A stretch of 64,000 bases of DNA from Bdellovibrionota bacterium (GCA_965207455.1 CBDBMJ010000001.1:1760001-1824000), one strand, 5' to 3'. Positions 30,878 to 41,814 are shown, counted from the first letter of the stretch. Notes: a model not told the origin generated them from the sequence alone. A program made the numbers and translations.

Positions 30878-32114
30878 ACTTGAGAAACTGATCAAAAACA
30901 GAGTGCTGAAAGGGAAATTCTTTAAATATATTCGAAATGATTGGATCAAGTGTGGGAACATCTATTGAACTCACATCCAGCTTTTCAAGTATTTCCCCTG
31001 TTTTTGAATCAACAAATAAGAAAGATCCATCACAAAACGGAATCGGATTATAATTTTCTTTAACCGCTTTATTTTCATTGAGCTCTCTCAGAATCATTTT
31101 AAACTTTTGGATTCTATCTTTCACGTCTTTTCGTTCTTTATTTTTGTATTTTTCTCTATCATTAATCCCGATTGCCACAAAAGCCGGCAAGCGATATTTC
31201 TTGTCCTCATCAAATGTGCCAATACAGGATGTTTGTATCTGCTCAAAGTCAAAAAGATCTCTAAATCCATGAAACCCCTTAGCAATGGAATTAAGTATTT
31301 CTTTTGTTTTTTTATTGCAATTTCCTGTTTTACTGCGATTTTTTTTATAAAATTCATAAACTCGGCCGGCAACAGCAATCATTGCTCTAAATTGAGATAT
31401 ATTCATTCTTGCTTCTTCTTTATAATAATTTGCATATAAAAAAATAATCGCTTGAAAAATAATCATATCGATGTTGAGCGCCTTAAAGACGCTTTCTCTA
31501 TAATTAAACCTGAAATAAAAATCAATAGATAAATTATTATAAATATCCCTTATTTCATCTTCATATTTTTTTGATCCTTTAATGAGCAGACCTCTCAGTT
31601 TTCTGTCGACATCATCGAGATTCATTTCATTTTTCTTGCTTAATGCATTTTGTTTTTTACTCTCTTCTCTTTTTTCATGGTAGGATTCTAATAGCCTTGC
31701 AATACGCCTCTCTAATTCACGAGATGATAATTTAAACTCACTTAAATATTTTTTCCTAATGCTTTTAAAAAATAAATCAAAAAAAATTTTTCCCTTGCTT
31801 ATAAGTAAAGACATTTTTTTGGGATCCTTACTACCCTTGAGCAACTCATAGGTTTTATTTAAATCTGCAATACATTTTTTTATCTCTTCTTTTTTTAAAA
31901 AATAACTTTCATCCAAATAAATAGTACTAATATTAGCATACTCAATAAAAGAAAGGGGAGTTGGGGTAATATAGAACGAGTAACCCGAATAGTGCTTCCT
32001 GAGATCACACCAGAATTTATTAGAAAACCCTATATCTTTCAGTATTTTCTTGAGAACGCCGGTATCGATAAGAAGACTATTCTTGCTACCCATGCGGTTT
32101 AAAGGGAAATTCAT
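30876..32114 (-). CDS. PIN-like domain hypothetical protein
   Basis: LLIDTGVL, ITPTP.SFIEY, late DLFD acidic motif; distant paralog of 33665-34840. Confidence 0.6.
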   Translation of the reverse strand: MNFPLNRMGSKNSLLIDTGVLKKILKDIGFSNKFWCDLRKHYSGYSFYITPTPLSFIEYANISTIYLDESYFLKKEEIKKCIADLNKTYELLKGSKDPKKMSLLISKGKIFFDLFFKSIRKKYLSEFKLSSRELERRIARLLESYHEKREESKKQNALSKKNEMNLDDVDRKLRGLLIKGSKKYEDEIRDIYNNLSIDFYFRFNYRESVFKALNIDMIIFQAIIFLYANYYKEEARMNISQFRAMIAVAGRVYEFYKKNRSKTGNCNKKTKEILNSIAKGFHGFRDLFDFEQIQTSCIGTFDEDKKYRLPAFVAIGINDREKYKNKERKDVKDRIQKFKMILRELNENKAVKENYNPIPFCDGSFLFVDSKTGEILEKLDVSSIDVPTLDPIISNIFKEFPFQHSVFDQFLK

Positions 32115-32247
32115 AATCCTCCATATTGACTTTTATTTTTGATTCCTAACTTATCAGAAATACTTTGCTATTCGTCACAGCTTACGTTATTTTTCTTAAT
32201 ATAACTAACAACTTCATGCTTCATAATTTTCTCCGCGACAAGGGGGG

Positions 32248-32305
32248 AACTACTGCTTCCCACTGATTGCCCTTGGGCAAGTGACCCTTCATTTTCCATA
32301 TAGGC
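32248..32305 (-). repeat. Degenerate copy of the sulfatase gene 3' end
   Basis: aactactgcttcccactgattgcccttgggcaagtgacccttcattttccatata vs 53951-54006. Confidence 0.85.
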
Positions 32306-32319
32306 AGGGGGGAACATTC

Positions 32320-33351
32320 TTAATTCCTTCTTATAGCTATAATCATTAATTTTCTTCTATATATGGCCATGGAATGATCATTTATAAATTTCTTCCATGG
32401 CTTGCTCTCACCGAGATATCTTTTAATTCTAAGACCTAAGCTCATGTTATTGAGTAATTTTACATTTCCATAATCACCTTTTGGATAACTCGTCAAGTAT
32501 CTCATATCGCCAGAATGATGATATCCACCAAACTTTGATTCAATATATTTTCCAATGAGAGGAATGAAGCTCACCAAATACATGAAGAAACCACTAAATG
32601 GGAGCATTGTCACAACATCAACTGAATTAACTACCCTATAAATAGGAGTTTTAATGCCTACAGACCATTCCAGATCACCAACCCTTGGTGAGCCAAAAGT
32701 ATAACAAGCCGCTAATCCTCCTTCATGCTTTATGTTTTTTGCAGCTACTGTTGCTAAAGCTCCTCCCAAGCTATGTCCAGTTAAAAACAAAGGAAGCTGT
32801 GATAGCCCCTCACTCTTTAGGCGATCTGTAATTTCTGAAAGTATAATTTCAAAAGCTTTCTTAAATCCCTTGTGAACATTGCCTCCGTTTTCAGAGGGTG
32901 TTTGAACTGCATCAAGATCAGTTTTAATATCCTTTATAGAGTTTTTCTCAGTCCCTCTAAATGCCAAAGCTATAAATTTATTACCCTTCACTAAAACTGC
33001 CTGAGTTCCATCCTTATCAAATGCCTCAACGATCTCAAGATTCAGATGCCTTAATTCTGATTTTAATTGTTCAAGCTCCCTTTTGTCATCGTAGCAAAAG
33101 GTATCGATTAATTTAAGCAAAGATGTTTTGTTATTTTTAGAAATAAGTTTTTCCGTTGTTTCTACTAAATATTGCTCGCCCTTACCTTCCGGGAATAATG
33201 GGTTGAATCTAATATACGCTAGCTCAGATAAACAAGCCATGATCCATGCCGTACGGTCACTGTAAGCCTGTCTATACGAAGGGACTTTCTTTTCTAAAAT
33301 TTTCTTAACGTTATCTTTGTCATCTGGATTAGGCGCAATAATACTTTTCAT
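32320..33351 (-). CDS. Lipase class 3 family protein
   Basis: AFRGTE, VHKGF, GHSLGGALA, YTFGSPRVG, D.V..LP, DHSM. Confidence 0.9.
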   Translation of the reverse strand: MKSIIAPNPDDKDNVKKILEKKVPSYRQAYSDRTAWIMACLSELAYIRFNPLFPEGKGEQYLVETTEKLISKNNKTSLLKLIDTFCYDDKRELEQLKSELRHLNLEIVEAFDKDGTQAVLVKGNKFIALAFRGTEKNSIKDIKTDLDAVQTPSENGGNVHKGFKKAFEIILSEITDRLKSEGLSQLPLFLTGHSLGGALATVAAKNIKHEGGLAACYTFGSPRVGDLEWSVGIKTPIYRVVNSVDVVTMLPFSGFFMYLVSFIPLIGKYIESKFGGYHHSGDMRYLTSYPKGDYGNVKLLNNMSLGLRIKRYLGESKPWKKFINDHSMAIYRRKLMIIAIRRN

Positions 33352-33664
33352 ATTCTGTTTTCCTTCATAATTTCAACAAACATTCAATTCAATATTTCTT
33401 CTACGTTCCGCGGACCCATCACTCTAAGCCAGAGGTGTGAAGAAATTTCTACTAATTTTTATTGTTTCATGTTTCCTAATTTTATGCAAAATAAAATAAA
33501 TATATTAAATATTTCTTATATATTAACAACTTCTATTTATGAATCCAATTTATGCCCCAACCTTTTCAGGTCAGAGCCACCGAAGTGGCATTGGGATTCC
33601 AGGCTCACTCGCCAATTACACTAGGGTTTTGATTTTCATTTTCTTTGCAACAAAGTTCTCAAAT

Positions 33665-34840
33665 TTATAAATCACTTTCACTTATTACATTTTTTACATC
33701 TATTTCGTGGGTAATCTCGCCTGTATCTAAATCAAAGAATAGAAAGAATCCATAATTATCTAATGACATAAAATTTTCAGAAAGTCCTAAACCGCTCGGG
33801 GGGAATTGATTATAATGTTTCACCGACAAATTAAAATCTTTTATTCTCTTATGCGTACTCATTCTTTCTTTTATCTTATTATTTTCCTCACCAAGAATGG
33901 CAATATTTGGAATTATTTCACCTGTCTCACGAAATACACCCAGATAGCTAAAATGTACTAAATCTAAGTCTAATAGGTCAGAGCGAGCTTTAATGCCCTC
34001 CGCAGAACGAAAATACCTTGCATCAGCAAGTGATAATTCTCGCTGAAAATTATCGTTATTTCCATGGCCCTCTCTATTCAATTCTTTTGCCATTTGAGTA
34101 AATAATCTTGTAAATGAAACATTTTTCTCTCTATCTCTATATATCTCAAATAAATGCCCAAGAATTTTTGTTGAAGTAAGCTTGTTTATATAAAGTTCTG
34201 CAAAATCTTTATTATCATCACCCGCCGGTATTATTTCTCTAGTAATTATTTCATAATTATAGCGACATAAAAAATCCATACGTAAAAATTCACAAATATA
34301 TTTGAACAAATAATCTTTATCGTGCCAAAATCTTTTAAAAACACTATCGAAACTAGGCTTAAAGCCACTTTGACATTCTCGCTCTTTCTTCTCAAACATA
34401 TATTTGAGTTTATCGATTTGTAATTCTTCCATTTCAGAATATACCTTCCATGCCATACGCTGAATACAGATCATAGCATCTAGTGCTATAGTCTGATACT
34501 TTTTCCATTCCCTGGTTTCTTTTAATTGTCTAGTGCCATATCTTATTTCTGTTTCAATTTTCTTATTTCTGTATAAATCATACAGCTCTTTTCTATACGC
34601 ATTTAATTCTCTTGTATTTAATATTTTATCTTTAAATATATCTTTCTGATTGATATTTTTCAAATTCACACCAACATACTCAAGAAACATCGCTGGGGTG
34701 ATAATATAATTAAAATTACCACCATATTTCTCTGAAAAATTTTCATTGAATGAGTTAAAAAAATTCGAATTTTTAGATAAACGGTCAAAAACATTAGTAT
34801 CAAAGGTAATATTGTATTTTATATTTTTATCTAACTGCAT
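33665..34840 (-). CDS. PIN-like domain hypothetical protein
   Basis: ITFDTNVF, ITPAMFLEY, DLLDLD; C-terminal FLFFDLDTGEI..IDV shared with 30876-32114. Confidence 0.6.
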   Translation of the reverse strand: MQLDKNIKYNITFDTNVFDRLSKNSNFFNSFNENFSEKYGGNFNYIITPAMFLEYVGVNLKNINQKDIFKDKILNTRELNAYRKELYDLYRNKKIETEIRYGTRQLKETREWKKYQTIALDAMICIQRMAWKVYSEMEELQIDKLKYMFEKKERECQSGFKPSFDSVFKRFWHDKDYLFKYICEFLRMDFLCRYNYEIITREIIPAGDDNKDFAELYINKLTSTKILGHLFEIYRDREKNVSFTRLFTQMAKELNREGHGNNDNFQRELSLADARYFRSAEGIKARSDLLDLDLVHFSYLGVFRETGEIIPNIAILGEENNKIKERMSTHKRIKDFNLSVKHYNQFPPSGLGLSENFMSLDNYGFFLFFDLDTGEITHEIDVKNVISESDL

Positions 34841-34898
34841 AGGCTCCCTCAAACCCCTTCTAAACTAAATATTTAAGCCTTGCTGCAAAAAATTATTA

Positions 34899-35537
34899 TT
34901 AGTTGGATTCCTTTGAAAGAACATCTTGGATGCCAGATGAAATCCCCATCATTCTTCGGGGACCTGCAATTACTACTTCTGTAATATAATTTAACAGTTC
35001 AAATAATCCATTAACAATGGAAGTAGAATCTAATTCTTGGGTTAAATCAATCGTACCTCTATGCAAGGCATTGTTTCCAACCAATCTCACAGTATGAAAA
35101 AGGCCTTTCATTTCTTCTGGTAATAGTAATTTCTTAATTTTTTCATTTAAATTCTTTCCTTCAAACTCATCATTGTTCAGGAGTTCCTCCATGGCTGTGC
35201 GCAATAGTGCGGCGGCGGCTCTAGGAGAATCATTAGCAATGTTTCTTGCCTCTTCATACAAAACCCCTACTTCTTCTGGCATCTCTTGATGTGGAAATGG
35301 TGCGAGCAATACTTTTGGATAAACTAATTTTTCTCTACACCACAGTGCCTGTTTCCCACAACTTCTGTTTTGACACACAGAAAAACTCAACCCGTCACAA
35401 GAGCTATGAATGCTTATAGCCTCATCATAAAATTTATGCCCAAGACCAGCATAAAACCATACTTGATTAGAGCGAACATCACAGAAAGGACAGTCAAATG
35501 AATCTTTTCCAAGCGCAGGAACTTCAGTTCTATTCAT
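34899..35537 (-). CDS. DUF4145 (HEPN-like) protein with Zn ribbon
   Basis: CPFC, YEEAR.I...SPRAAAALLR..E, VRLVGNNALH. Confidence 0.85.
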   Translation of the reverse strand: MNRTEVPALGKDSFDCPFCDVRSNQVWFYAGLGHKFYDEAISIHSSCDGLSFSVCQNRSCGKQALWCREKLVYPKVLLAPFPHQEMPEEVGVLYEEARNIANDSPRAAAALLRTAMEELLNNDEFEGKNLNEKIKKLLLPEEMKGLFHTVRLVGNNALHRGTIDLTQELDSTSIVNGLFELLNYITEVVIAGPRRMMGISSGIQDVLSKESN

Positions 35538-36090
35538 ATTATTTTCACTCCTCCTAAAAAGCAACTGTATCTCTTATTAACTAAATTTGTAAAATTTCAG
35601 AACTTAGAGAATCATAATAAATACTATACCCACAAATAAGGCTACCTTTCCACCCCTGTAAGGATTTGTTAGAGTTTACTTATAAATGCTGCTTGCAGGC
35701 TCTCCGAATCGCATAAAGCAGCCATCAAGACGGCACCACCACCAGCAGCAGCCCCAGCCACCAACCCCTCGCCCCTTTGCACAGCGATTTTGCCGGTGTA
35801 ACTACCAGGGGAAAATGTCGGCACAGACGCGTCAGAGGGGAGTTTAATTTCTAGTAAAGCGGGGGTTTTCAGGACAGCGTTTATAGCTGTCTTCTGCCTC
35901 TCAGAAGGCTGTGCCCTGCCTCTAGCGGTCTATTTTCTTTTTTGAGGGCTACGGGGTGTGGATATCTTTTTAAGATAGGATGAGGTGTTTGCGTTCAGGA
36001 GATGTGGCCGGCTGGTCTACCCTGTAGTTGAGTTACATTGTTTTACTGATGGTTCTGGGCAGGTTCTTTCTTTCTGTATTTGGTTTGGTG

Positions 36091-36547
36091 GTCATTCCTC
36101 ATACTTAGGAGTTGGAGTTCCATTTGATGGTATTTGGATATTAGGTTTCGTTTCATAGTAGTTGGAGTTCAATTTCAGGGTTTGAGGAGTTAGTATTGTT
36201 ATTTTGGGTTTTGGGCGGTGTTATGTTTCCGCTACAAGTCAAGTTCAATCATTCGTTTTATGGGTATTGAGGGAGTTTAAATTTACGGAGGGCATCACTT
36301 TCTCGCTCCCACCTTTCACAAAGACAAAGTTACTTCTTCTCACTGATATGCCTAAGGGTGTGTGTTTGTTCTTTAGGGAGGTGTGGTTGTGTTTCTTTTA
36401 TCAGGCTCAGTGGTTTCATTCTTGTTTGGATCCTGGGAATCATTCCGACACTCCCCAAGACCACACCCCCGCTTCTTTCCTGATTAGGAGTTAAGCGTTT
36501 AGCGTGTGTGGTATGTTTTGCTCCCTTCGACGACTGTTTTATTGACT
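36091..36547. repeat. Near-identical 457-bp direct repeat (copy at 51004-51460)
   Basis: Ungapped alignment at offset 14913 with very few mismatches; includes a sulfatase-end copy and a B core. Confidence 0.95.
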
Positions 36548-36607
36548 GCCCTTCGTGCAGTTTTTTTTTACTTCATAAAATTTTCATTCCTCTCTCCGAC
36601 CCTTTCA

Positions 36608-36701
36608 GATCATTTATTGCTTGGCTTCTGAGAATCATTTCGACACTCCTCAAGGAACACACCGACGATTCATAACCTTACTTATTGGATTCCCGATGTA
36701 A
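36608..36701. repeat. Boundary repeat (type A)
   Basis: ctgagaatcatttcgacactcctcaaggaacacaccgacgattcataaccttacttattggattccc. Confidence 0.95.
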
Positions 36702-36792
36702 TCCTACTCTTATTTTTAGAATACTTTTTGTTTTTTTGCAACAACTTTCATAAACTTATAAATTTCATTTATAGACTTGCATTATCTTAAAA

Positions 36793-38625
36793 TTATTCAG
36801 ACTCTTCGGTATCGGCTGGCGGGATGTTTGCATTATAGAATCTCTGCTGGAAATTAAAACAAAGGAGCATTGCTAAGCTCCAAACATATGGTCCGAAAAA
36901 TTGTAGTTCACCATCCGAAAGAAGCCCATGAGCCAAGTCATTTCGAATGTTCAAACCAAACTCACTACAGAACAAAAAATCTAATTGAAATTGCATATCC
37001 TTGCCCAATATCCCTTCCATTTTTGGCTCAAACAAAAAACTACTTAAGCTTTTCTCTTTTTGTCTGCCCTCAACGTCCATGCCGGTTATATCTTCACCAG
37101 CTATTTCCATAAGCGTTCTGAGCGAGTTTTCTAACTGCAATGTTAAAATTGTACAGGAAGAAATCCAATCCCCACGAATTCCACTTAGAATACCAGATTT
37201 AAATTGCTCAACATGACCCTCTGGAACAAACGGGTTTGGATAAAGCATAGAGTAAATTGAATTTATATTGAAATCACTTTTACGTTCAATCTCTAGCCTA
37301 CAGCCACTTATAATCGCACTACATACCTTCATATGGATTCCAAGCCCTTCAAAAATATTGTATTTCAATGCATTCTCATCTGGATTATCTGATAAGCTTC
37401 CCGGGACAACGCTAGTTGTTCTTCCATTTCTGCCTATCAAACGATTTGACATACTGGTTGAAACTGGGTTTGCTCGCATACTATTTCTTGCATTTTCTGT
37501 CAAGATGCTCTTCCTTTGAGGGCGAGACATATCAGCAATCACCCTTAAAGAATCAATAAAAGAAGATGACTGGATTGCATTACGGCACGCATTCATACAT
37601 TTACTTACATCAATTTCAGCACGAAAAGTAAAGGGATTGAGTTGTCCCGGAATATTTTTTTGAGTTTCCACCAACTCTTTATGTAATTCCACTCTCTTCT
37701 GCCTCATCCCCGGAGTGCGGCCACATGCTTCAATAGCTTTATTATAAAAATCTCCAAGAAATAGAGCATTTGCTCCTCCTTTTTTCACCTCCTCAAGCTC
37801 CATAATAAAAATTTTTGTATGATCTTTTTCCCATCTTTTCTTTTCTGATGTCCTCTTCTGATTGCCATAAATTTCTATCAGAAGATCAACATATTTTCTA
37901 GATTTCTCAAATTGTTTTTGCTTAATGCTGTCCTCAACAGATTGTTCAATAAGAGATATCCATTTTTCAGTATTTTCACCCCCAGTCCTTAAAACTAAAG
38001 GAAGCAACTCAAAGAAAAAATACCTTGTGTAATCATTGGGCTCTACCGGTTTATCATCAATAAATTTCTTAATCTGAAGTTCTATTTTTTCCCTTTTATC
38101 CTCTTTTCTACCAAGCGACCTCCATATCATTATGGATCTCTCGACATAGTTTCCAATGGTAAAGCTGTCAAATTCTTTATTTTTTTCTCGAAGCATTTCA
38201 CATAATGAAAGATATTTATTTATTGCCTCTTTTCCAAATTCAAATCGATTTTTTTCTTTCTCCCAAAGCATGTCATTAATTCTAGCGAGCATGGCCAAAT
38301 TTGATGTGCGATTTAAAAACTCCTCCAATATAATAAAATCTTTTCTTTCAAAATCTTTAAATGCATAAGACCTACTACCATTAAAAGCTTGAAACTTGGG
38401 TTGAAATGGTTTATCGATATTATGTCTACCCAGAGATGAGTCAACAGCAATATATAATATCTCAATATTTTCAGCCAAACCCTCGCATCCATTGTTCTTT
38501 TCTTTTTCTACAAAAGCAAGCAGACTCTCCCCTATCTTCATATAGGAAGTTTCTTTATCAAGATCTTCTGGCAATCTCCATTTATCGGGAAATGCTTTAA
38601 TATCTGCTTTTTTGAATATATTCAT
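36793..38625 (-). CDS. DUF4209 / HEPN-domain protein
   Basis: QLENSLR, G.NIRNDLAHGLL RxxxxH motif at the C-terminus. Confidence 0.8.
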   Translation of the reverse strand: MNIFKKADIKAFPDKWRLPEDLDKETSYMKIGESLLAFVEKEKNNGCEGLAENIEILYIAVDSSLGRHNIDKPFQPKFQAFNGSRSYAFKDFERKDFIILEEFLNRTSNLAMLARINDMLWEKEKNRFEFGKEAINKYLSLCEMLREKNKEFDSFTIGNYVERSIMIWRSLGRKEDKREKIELQIKKFIDDKPVEPNDYTRYFFFELLPLVLRTGGENTEKWISLIEQSVEDSIKQKQFEKSRKYVDLLIEIYGNQKRTSEKKRWEKDHTKIFIMELEEVKKGGANALFLGDFYNKAIEACGRTPGMRQKRVELHKELVETQKNIPGQLNPFTFRAEIDVSKCMNACRNAIQSSSFIDSLRVIADMSRPQRKSILTENARNSMRANPVSTSMSNRLIGRNGRTTSVVPGSLSDNPDENALKYNIFEGLGIHMKVCSAIISGCRLEIERKSDFNINSIYSMLYPNPFVPEGHVEQFKSGILSGIRGDWISSCTILTLQLENSLRTLMEIAGEDITGMDVEGRQKEKSLSSFLFEPKMEGILGKDMQFQLDFLFCSEFGLNIRNDLAHGLLSDGELQFFGPYVWSLAMLLCFNFQQRFYNANIPPADTEESE

Positions 38626-38697
38626 TCCATAATCCTCACTTTAATTAAACACTCAATTCAATGCTTCTCCTAAATTCTGCAAACCCATCATTCTATG

Positions 38698-41340
38698 CTA
38701 CTGAAAAGAGTTTTCCGGTACATTTTGTGTTGTTTGGTCTGGTCGTTTGTGGGGTAGATTTTTTCCCACTCTCTTTCTTTCTTGTATATACCCATCATAT
38801 AGATTTTGGTATTCACGAATTTCTTTTTCAAGCATAGAAACTGTAATACAAGAAGCGTCCATATCTACTTGCAGATGGGCTGAAATATTTTTAGAAAGGA
38901 CTCCTAATTTATTAAAAATTTCATCAAGAACCTCCTGAGGAGCATAAACCTCTCTAATTAGATGATATTTAATCCTTCGGTCAAATCTACTGATCGACTT
39001 TTTGAGAATTTCTACAGCAAAAAATGCCTCATAACTAGCCCTTAATGCGCTAAAGCCATCTTTTAGATAAAAGCGCTTATCTTGTGGATTTTCCGAATTC
39101 TTCGCTTTTTCTAAACGATTTTTTGCTATATCTGGTTGGAGATGGTTTGCTTCAAAATCCCGTATATGGTTCAATTTAATAATTCCAACATCATCGACAC
39201 CATTACTATCTATCCAGTGATGTGCAATAGAAACACTCTTTTCTGAAGATGCATTTTCTAAGTCAGAAAGAAATGCTAAATCATGAGTGAATATAATAAC
39301 TGGACGTGACTGAGCCTCTTGAGCTAATCTCTGGGCAATGCGTTCTTTTCTTTCATGATCTTGCGAAGCAACGGGATCATCAAAGACAAGCCCACCATTT
39401 ATTCCGGAGATCTTTATTTCCGTAAGAAAATCCGCTAAAGCAATAACTCGCTGTTCACCCTCACTAAGGGTGTTGCTGGGCATGGAGCTATTGCCGACGG
39501 CATAACGTCGCTTCGTATTGCCTGCTTCGCCAACGTGTTTCAATTTAATACTTCTGACATTTAACTTTAAGCATTCTTTTTGAAATGTTTCTCGATATGA
39601 ATCGGTAACATGTTTTGCATATAATGTTTTTGAAAAATTCGTGATTGGTTGAGTACGAACTTCATTTCTAGCAGTTCTACATCTATTTATCCAACTTAAT
39701 TTATCCAAAAAAATCTTAATTTCGGGGAGCAATTCTTTTAAAATTCTTTTGTGTTTAAGGTTTTTAATTTCAATCTCTAATGTCTTTTTCTTTGTCTCTA
39801 TTTTTTCAGAATCCAGTGCTTTTTCTTCTTCCTCTAAAGTCTTCTTGATCTTCTGCCAATCAAATTCAAAGTCCTCAAGCACTAGGTCATCCCAGAGTTT
39901 TTTACCAAGCGATTTAAGTAGATTGTCTTTTAGCTCAGAATAATATAATAAAGCTCTTTCAATTCCCGTATTGGTTGCCTTTCTGCTTTCTTCCCGACCA
40001 AGCCAAGACATCGCTTTGCTTTTGGTATCTGGATCTAATACCTTTAAGATCTGGAATTCTTGAATTTTTTTGATGATCCACACATCAATCTCTCTCAATT
40101 TTGCCTCTGCCTCACTTTTTAAGTACATCTGATAACTCTCAATTAACTTCAATGCAACCGGAGTTAAATCTCGACGACAATATGGACAGGGATCACCTTC
40201 GTTCCAAACCCTTCCTTGCAGATCTAAAAAATCATCGCCCGCATTAATGAATTTTTTCCAATATTCACTACCAATGCCCTTAAACCTCGGATCATAAAAC
40301 TTTTGCAAACCCAAATCACTAATCTCAACAATCAATTCTTTTCTCTGATTAATTTGTTTCTCTAGTTCATCTATATTTTCTTTTGAAAAAATCAAAGAAA
40401 TATATTCCAAATTTTCTTTTAAGTCATTAACCTCTGTCGTGATATTTTTGTAAAGCTTCTTTTTCTCAGCAAGATCGTCTAAATTAAGCCCGGCAAGTTC
40501 CCTCTCTTTTCTCTCAAGCAACTCGCTGTCTTTCTCTGTAAAGCTCCCTATTTTTTTGATATTCTCGAAGTCGCTGCTCACATTTAAGTTATTAACGATA
40601 CTCTTTATTTCAGAATCTTCCAAAAATCGCTCTGGAAAAAGATTGGTTTCACTCTTACTCTCAATTAAGCTTTGAATATATTTATCTGTGTTCGAAACTA
40701 AAGAAGCAAGGTTTTCAAAAAATCCAAACCCCTCAGGAGTAATACTTAGCTCATTATCCGAGTCAATGTGAACCTTGACTGCTTTTGAATCAAAAGTTGC
40801 ATACTCTCTGAACTCACTTGAATTGGCTTTATCTGGATACTTCAGGATGTACTCTTTACCCTCATCATTCTTAAAAGTAAATATTGCTTCAGGTTTTCCT
40901 GTTTGACTTGAATCAAAAACATTGCCTATTACATTGATATCTCCTCTGGAAATAAAGGCATCATTCATCACTCTAGCATAGCTAGATTTTCCACTTCCAT
41001 TTAACCCATAAATGACGGTAAGACCTTTTTCACTTATAGCTAGTTTTTGATCCTTACGAAGGACTCCAATATTCTTCAAATTTGATAGAGAGACAAGCGT
41101 GCTGGTCTTACGGTTTGTTCTTTGAGTTTGGTTCGTAGCTGTAGGGATCGCTAGATCCATTTTTTCTAGTGGCCTTAGTAAAAGTTTTTTTTCAGACAAA
41201 AAATATTGAGCAGCCTTCTCAATAGCTTCTTCTCTATTCAAACCGGTTATTCCTTGCGTTAAGGGTGCGGCAAGGTATTGCTGCCAATAAGGAAGCCCTG
41301 CTACATAGCCTAATATATCATCACGGATTGAATTTTTCAT
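38698..41340 (-). CDS. SMC/Rad50-like ABC ATPase (AAA_13, RloC-like)
   Basis: YGLNGSGKSSY, CPYC zinc hook, LSEGEQR, FDDPVASQD, IFTHD. Confidence 0.85.
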   Translation of the reverse strand: MKNSIRDDILGYVAGLPYWQQYLAAPLTQGITGLNREEAIEKAAQYFLSEKKLLLRPLEKMDLAIPTATNQTQRTNRKTSTLVSLSNLKNIGVLRKDQKLAISEKGLTVIYGLNGSGKSSYARVMNDAFISRGDINVIGNVFDSSQTGKPEAIFTFKNDEGKEYILKYPDKANSSEFREYATFDSKAVKVHIDSDNELSITPEGFGFFENLASLVSNTDKYIQSLIESKSETNLFPERFLEDSEIKSIVNNLNVSSDFENIKKIGSFTEKDSELLERKERELAGLNLDDLAEKKKLYKNITTEVNDLKENLEYISLIFSKENIDELEKQINQRKELIVEISDLGLQKFYDPRFKGIGSEYWKKFINAGDDFLDLQGRVWNEGDPCPYCRRDLTPVALKLIESYQMYLKSEAEAKLREIDVWIIKKIQEFQILKVLDPDTKSKAMSWLGREESRKATNTGIERALLYYSELKDNLLKSLGKKLWDDLVLEDFEFDWQKIKKTLEEEEKALDSEKIETKKKTLEIEIKNLKHKRILKELLPEIKIFLDKLSWINRCRTARNEVRTQPITNFSKTLYAKHVTDSYRETFQKECLKLNVRSIKLKHVGEAGNTKRRYAVGNSSMPSNTLSEGEQRVIALADFLTEIKISGINGGLVFDDPVASQDHERKERIAQRLAQEAQSRPVIIFTHDLAFLSDLENASSEKSVSIAHHWIDSNGVDDVGIIKLNHIRDFEANHLQPDIAKNRLEKAKNSENPQDKRFYLKDGFSALRASYEAFFAVEILKKSISRFDRRIKYHLIREVYAPQEVLDEIFNKLGVLSKNISAHLQVDMDASCITVSMLEKEIREYQNLYDGYIQERKRVGKNLPHKRPDQTTQNVPENSFQ

Positions 41341-41814
41341 TTTCTTCCTCCTAAAGGAACTATTGAACTTTCCCAAAAAATCGGGCACTTTTTATACAGT
41401 TCGGTGGTTATACTTCTCCAACATAATCCATTGGACTCAGACCCCCGTCCCTATTACTAAAGATGGGTTCTAAACTCGACATGTCAAGGGTGACGGTGCA
41501 ACTGTTTTTATTTACATCCAGACCGCATGGATAATGCATCTGCGCCCGATCAAACTCGACAACAGGTACCAACAACCCCGCCCAATCCCTACCCCTTCAT
41601 TCACATTAAGCTATGAGAGTTCGGCAGGGGAGGCGCTACTGGCATTGAGGTTAGAATTTCTTGGTTGCGAGGTATTATTGGGGGCGTATTTGCGACACTT
41701 CAAAAAAGCAAAGCAGTTTCCACGATACAGATTCGTATTATCGTATGCACGAGAGAGGATCCTGCGACAGGCTTCAAGAGCACAATTATGTTTCTTTCTG
41801 ATTTTTAAGTTTTA

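Noticed and set aside
36204..36494. 96-aa ORF duplicated at 51117-51407
   Set aside because: It spans a mosaic of non-coding repeat blocks; the conservation reflects recent DNA duplication.
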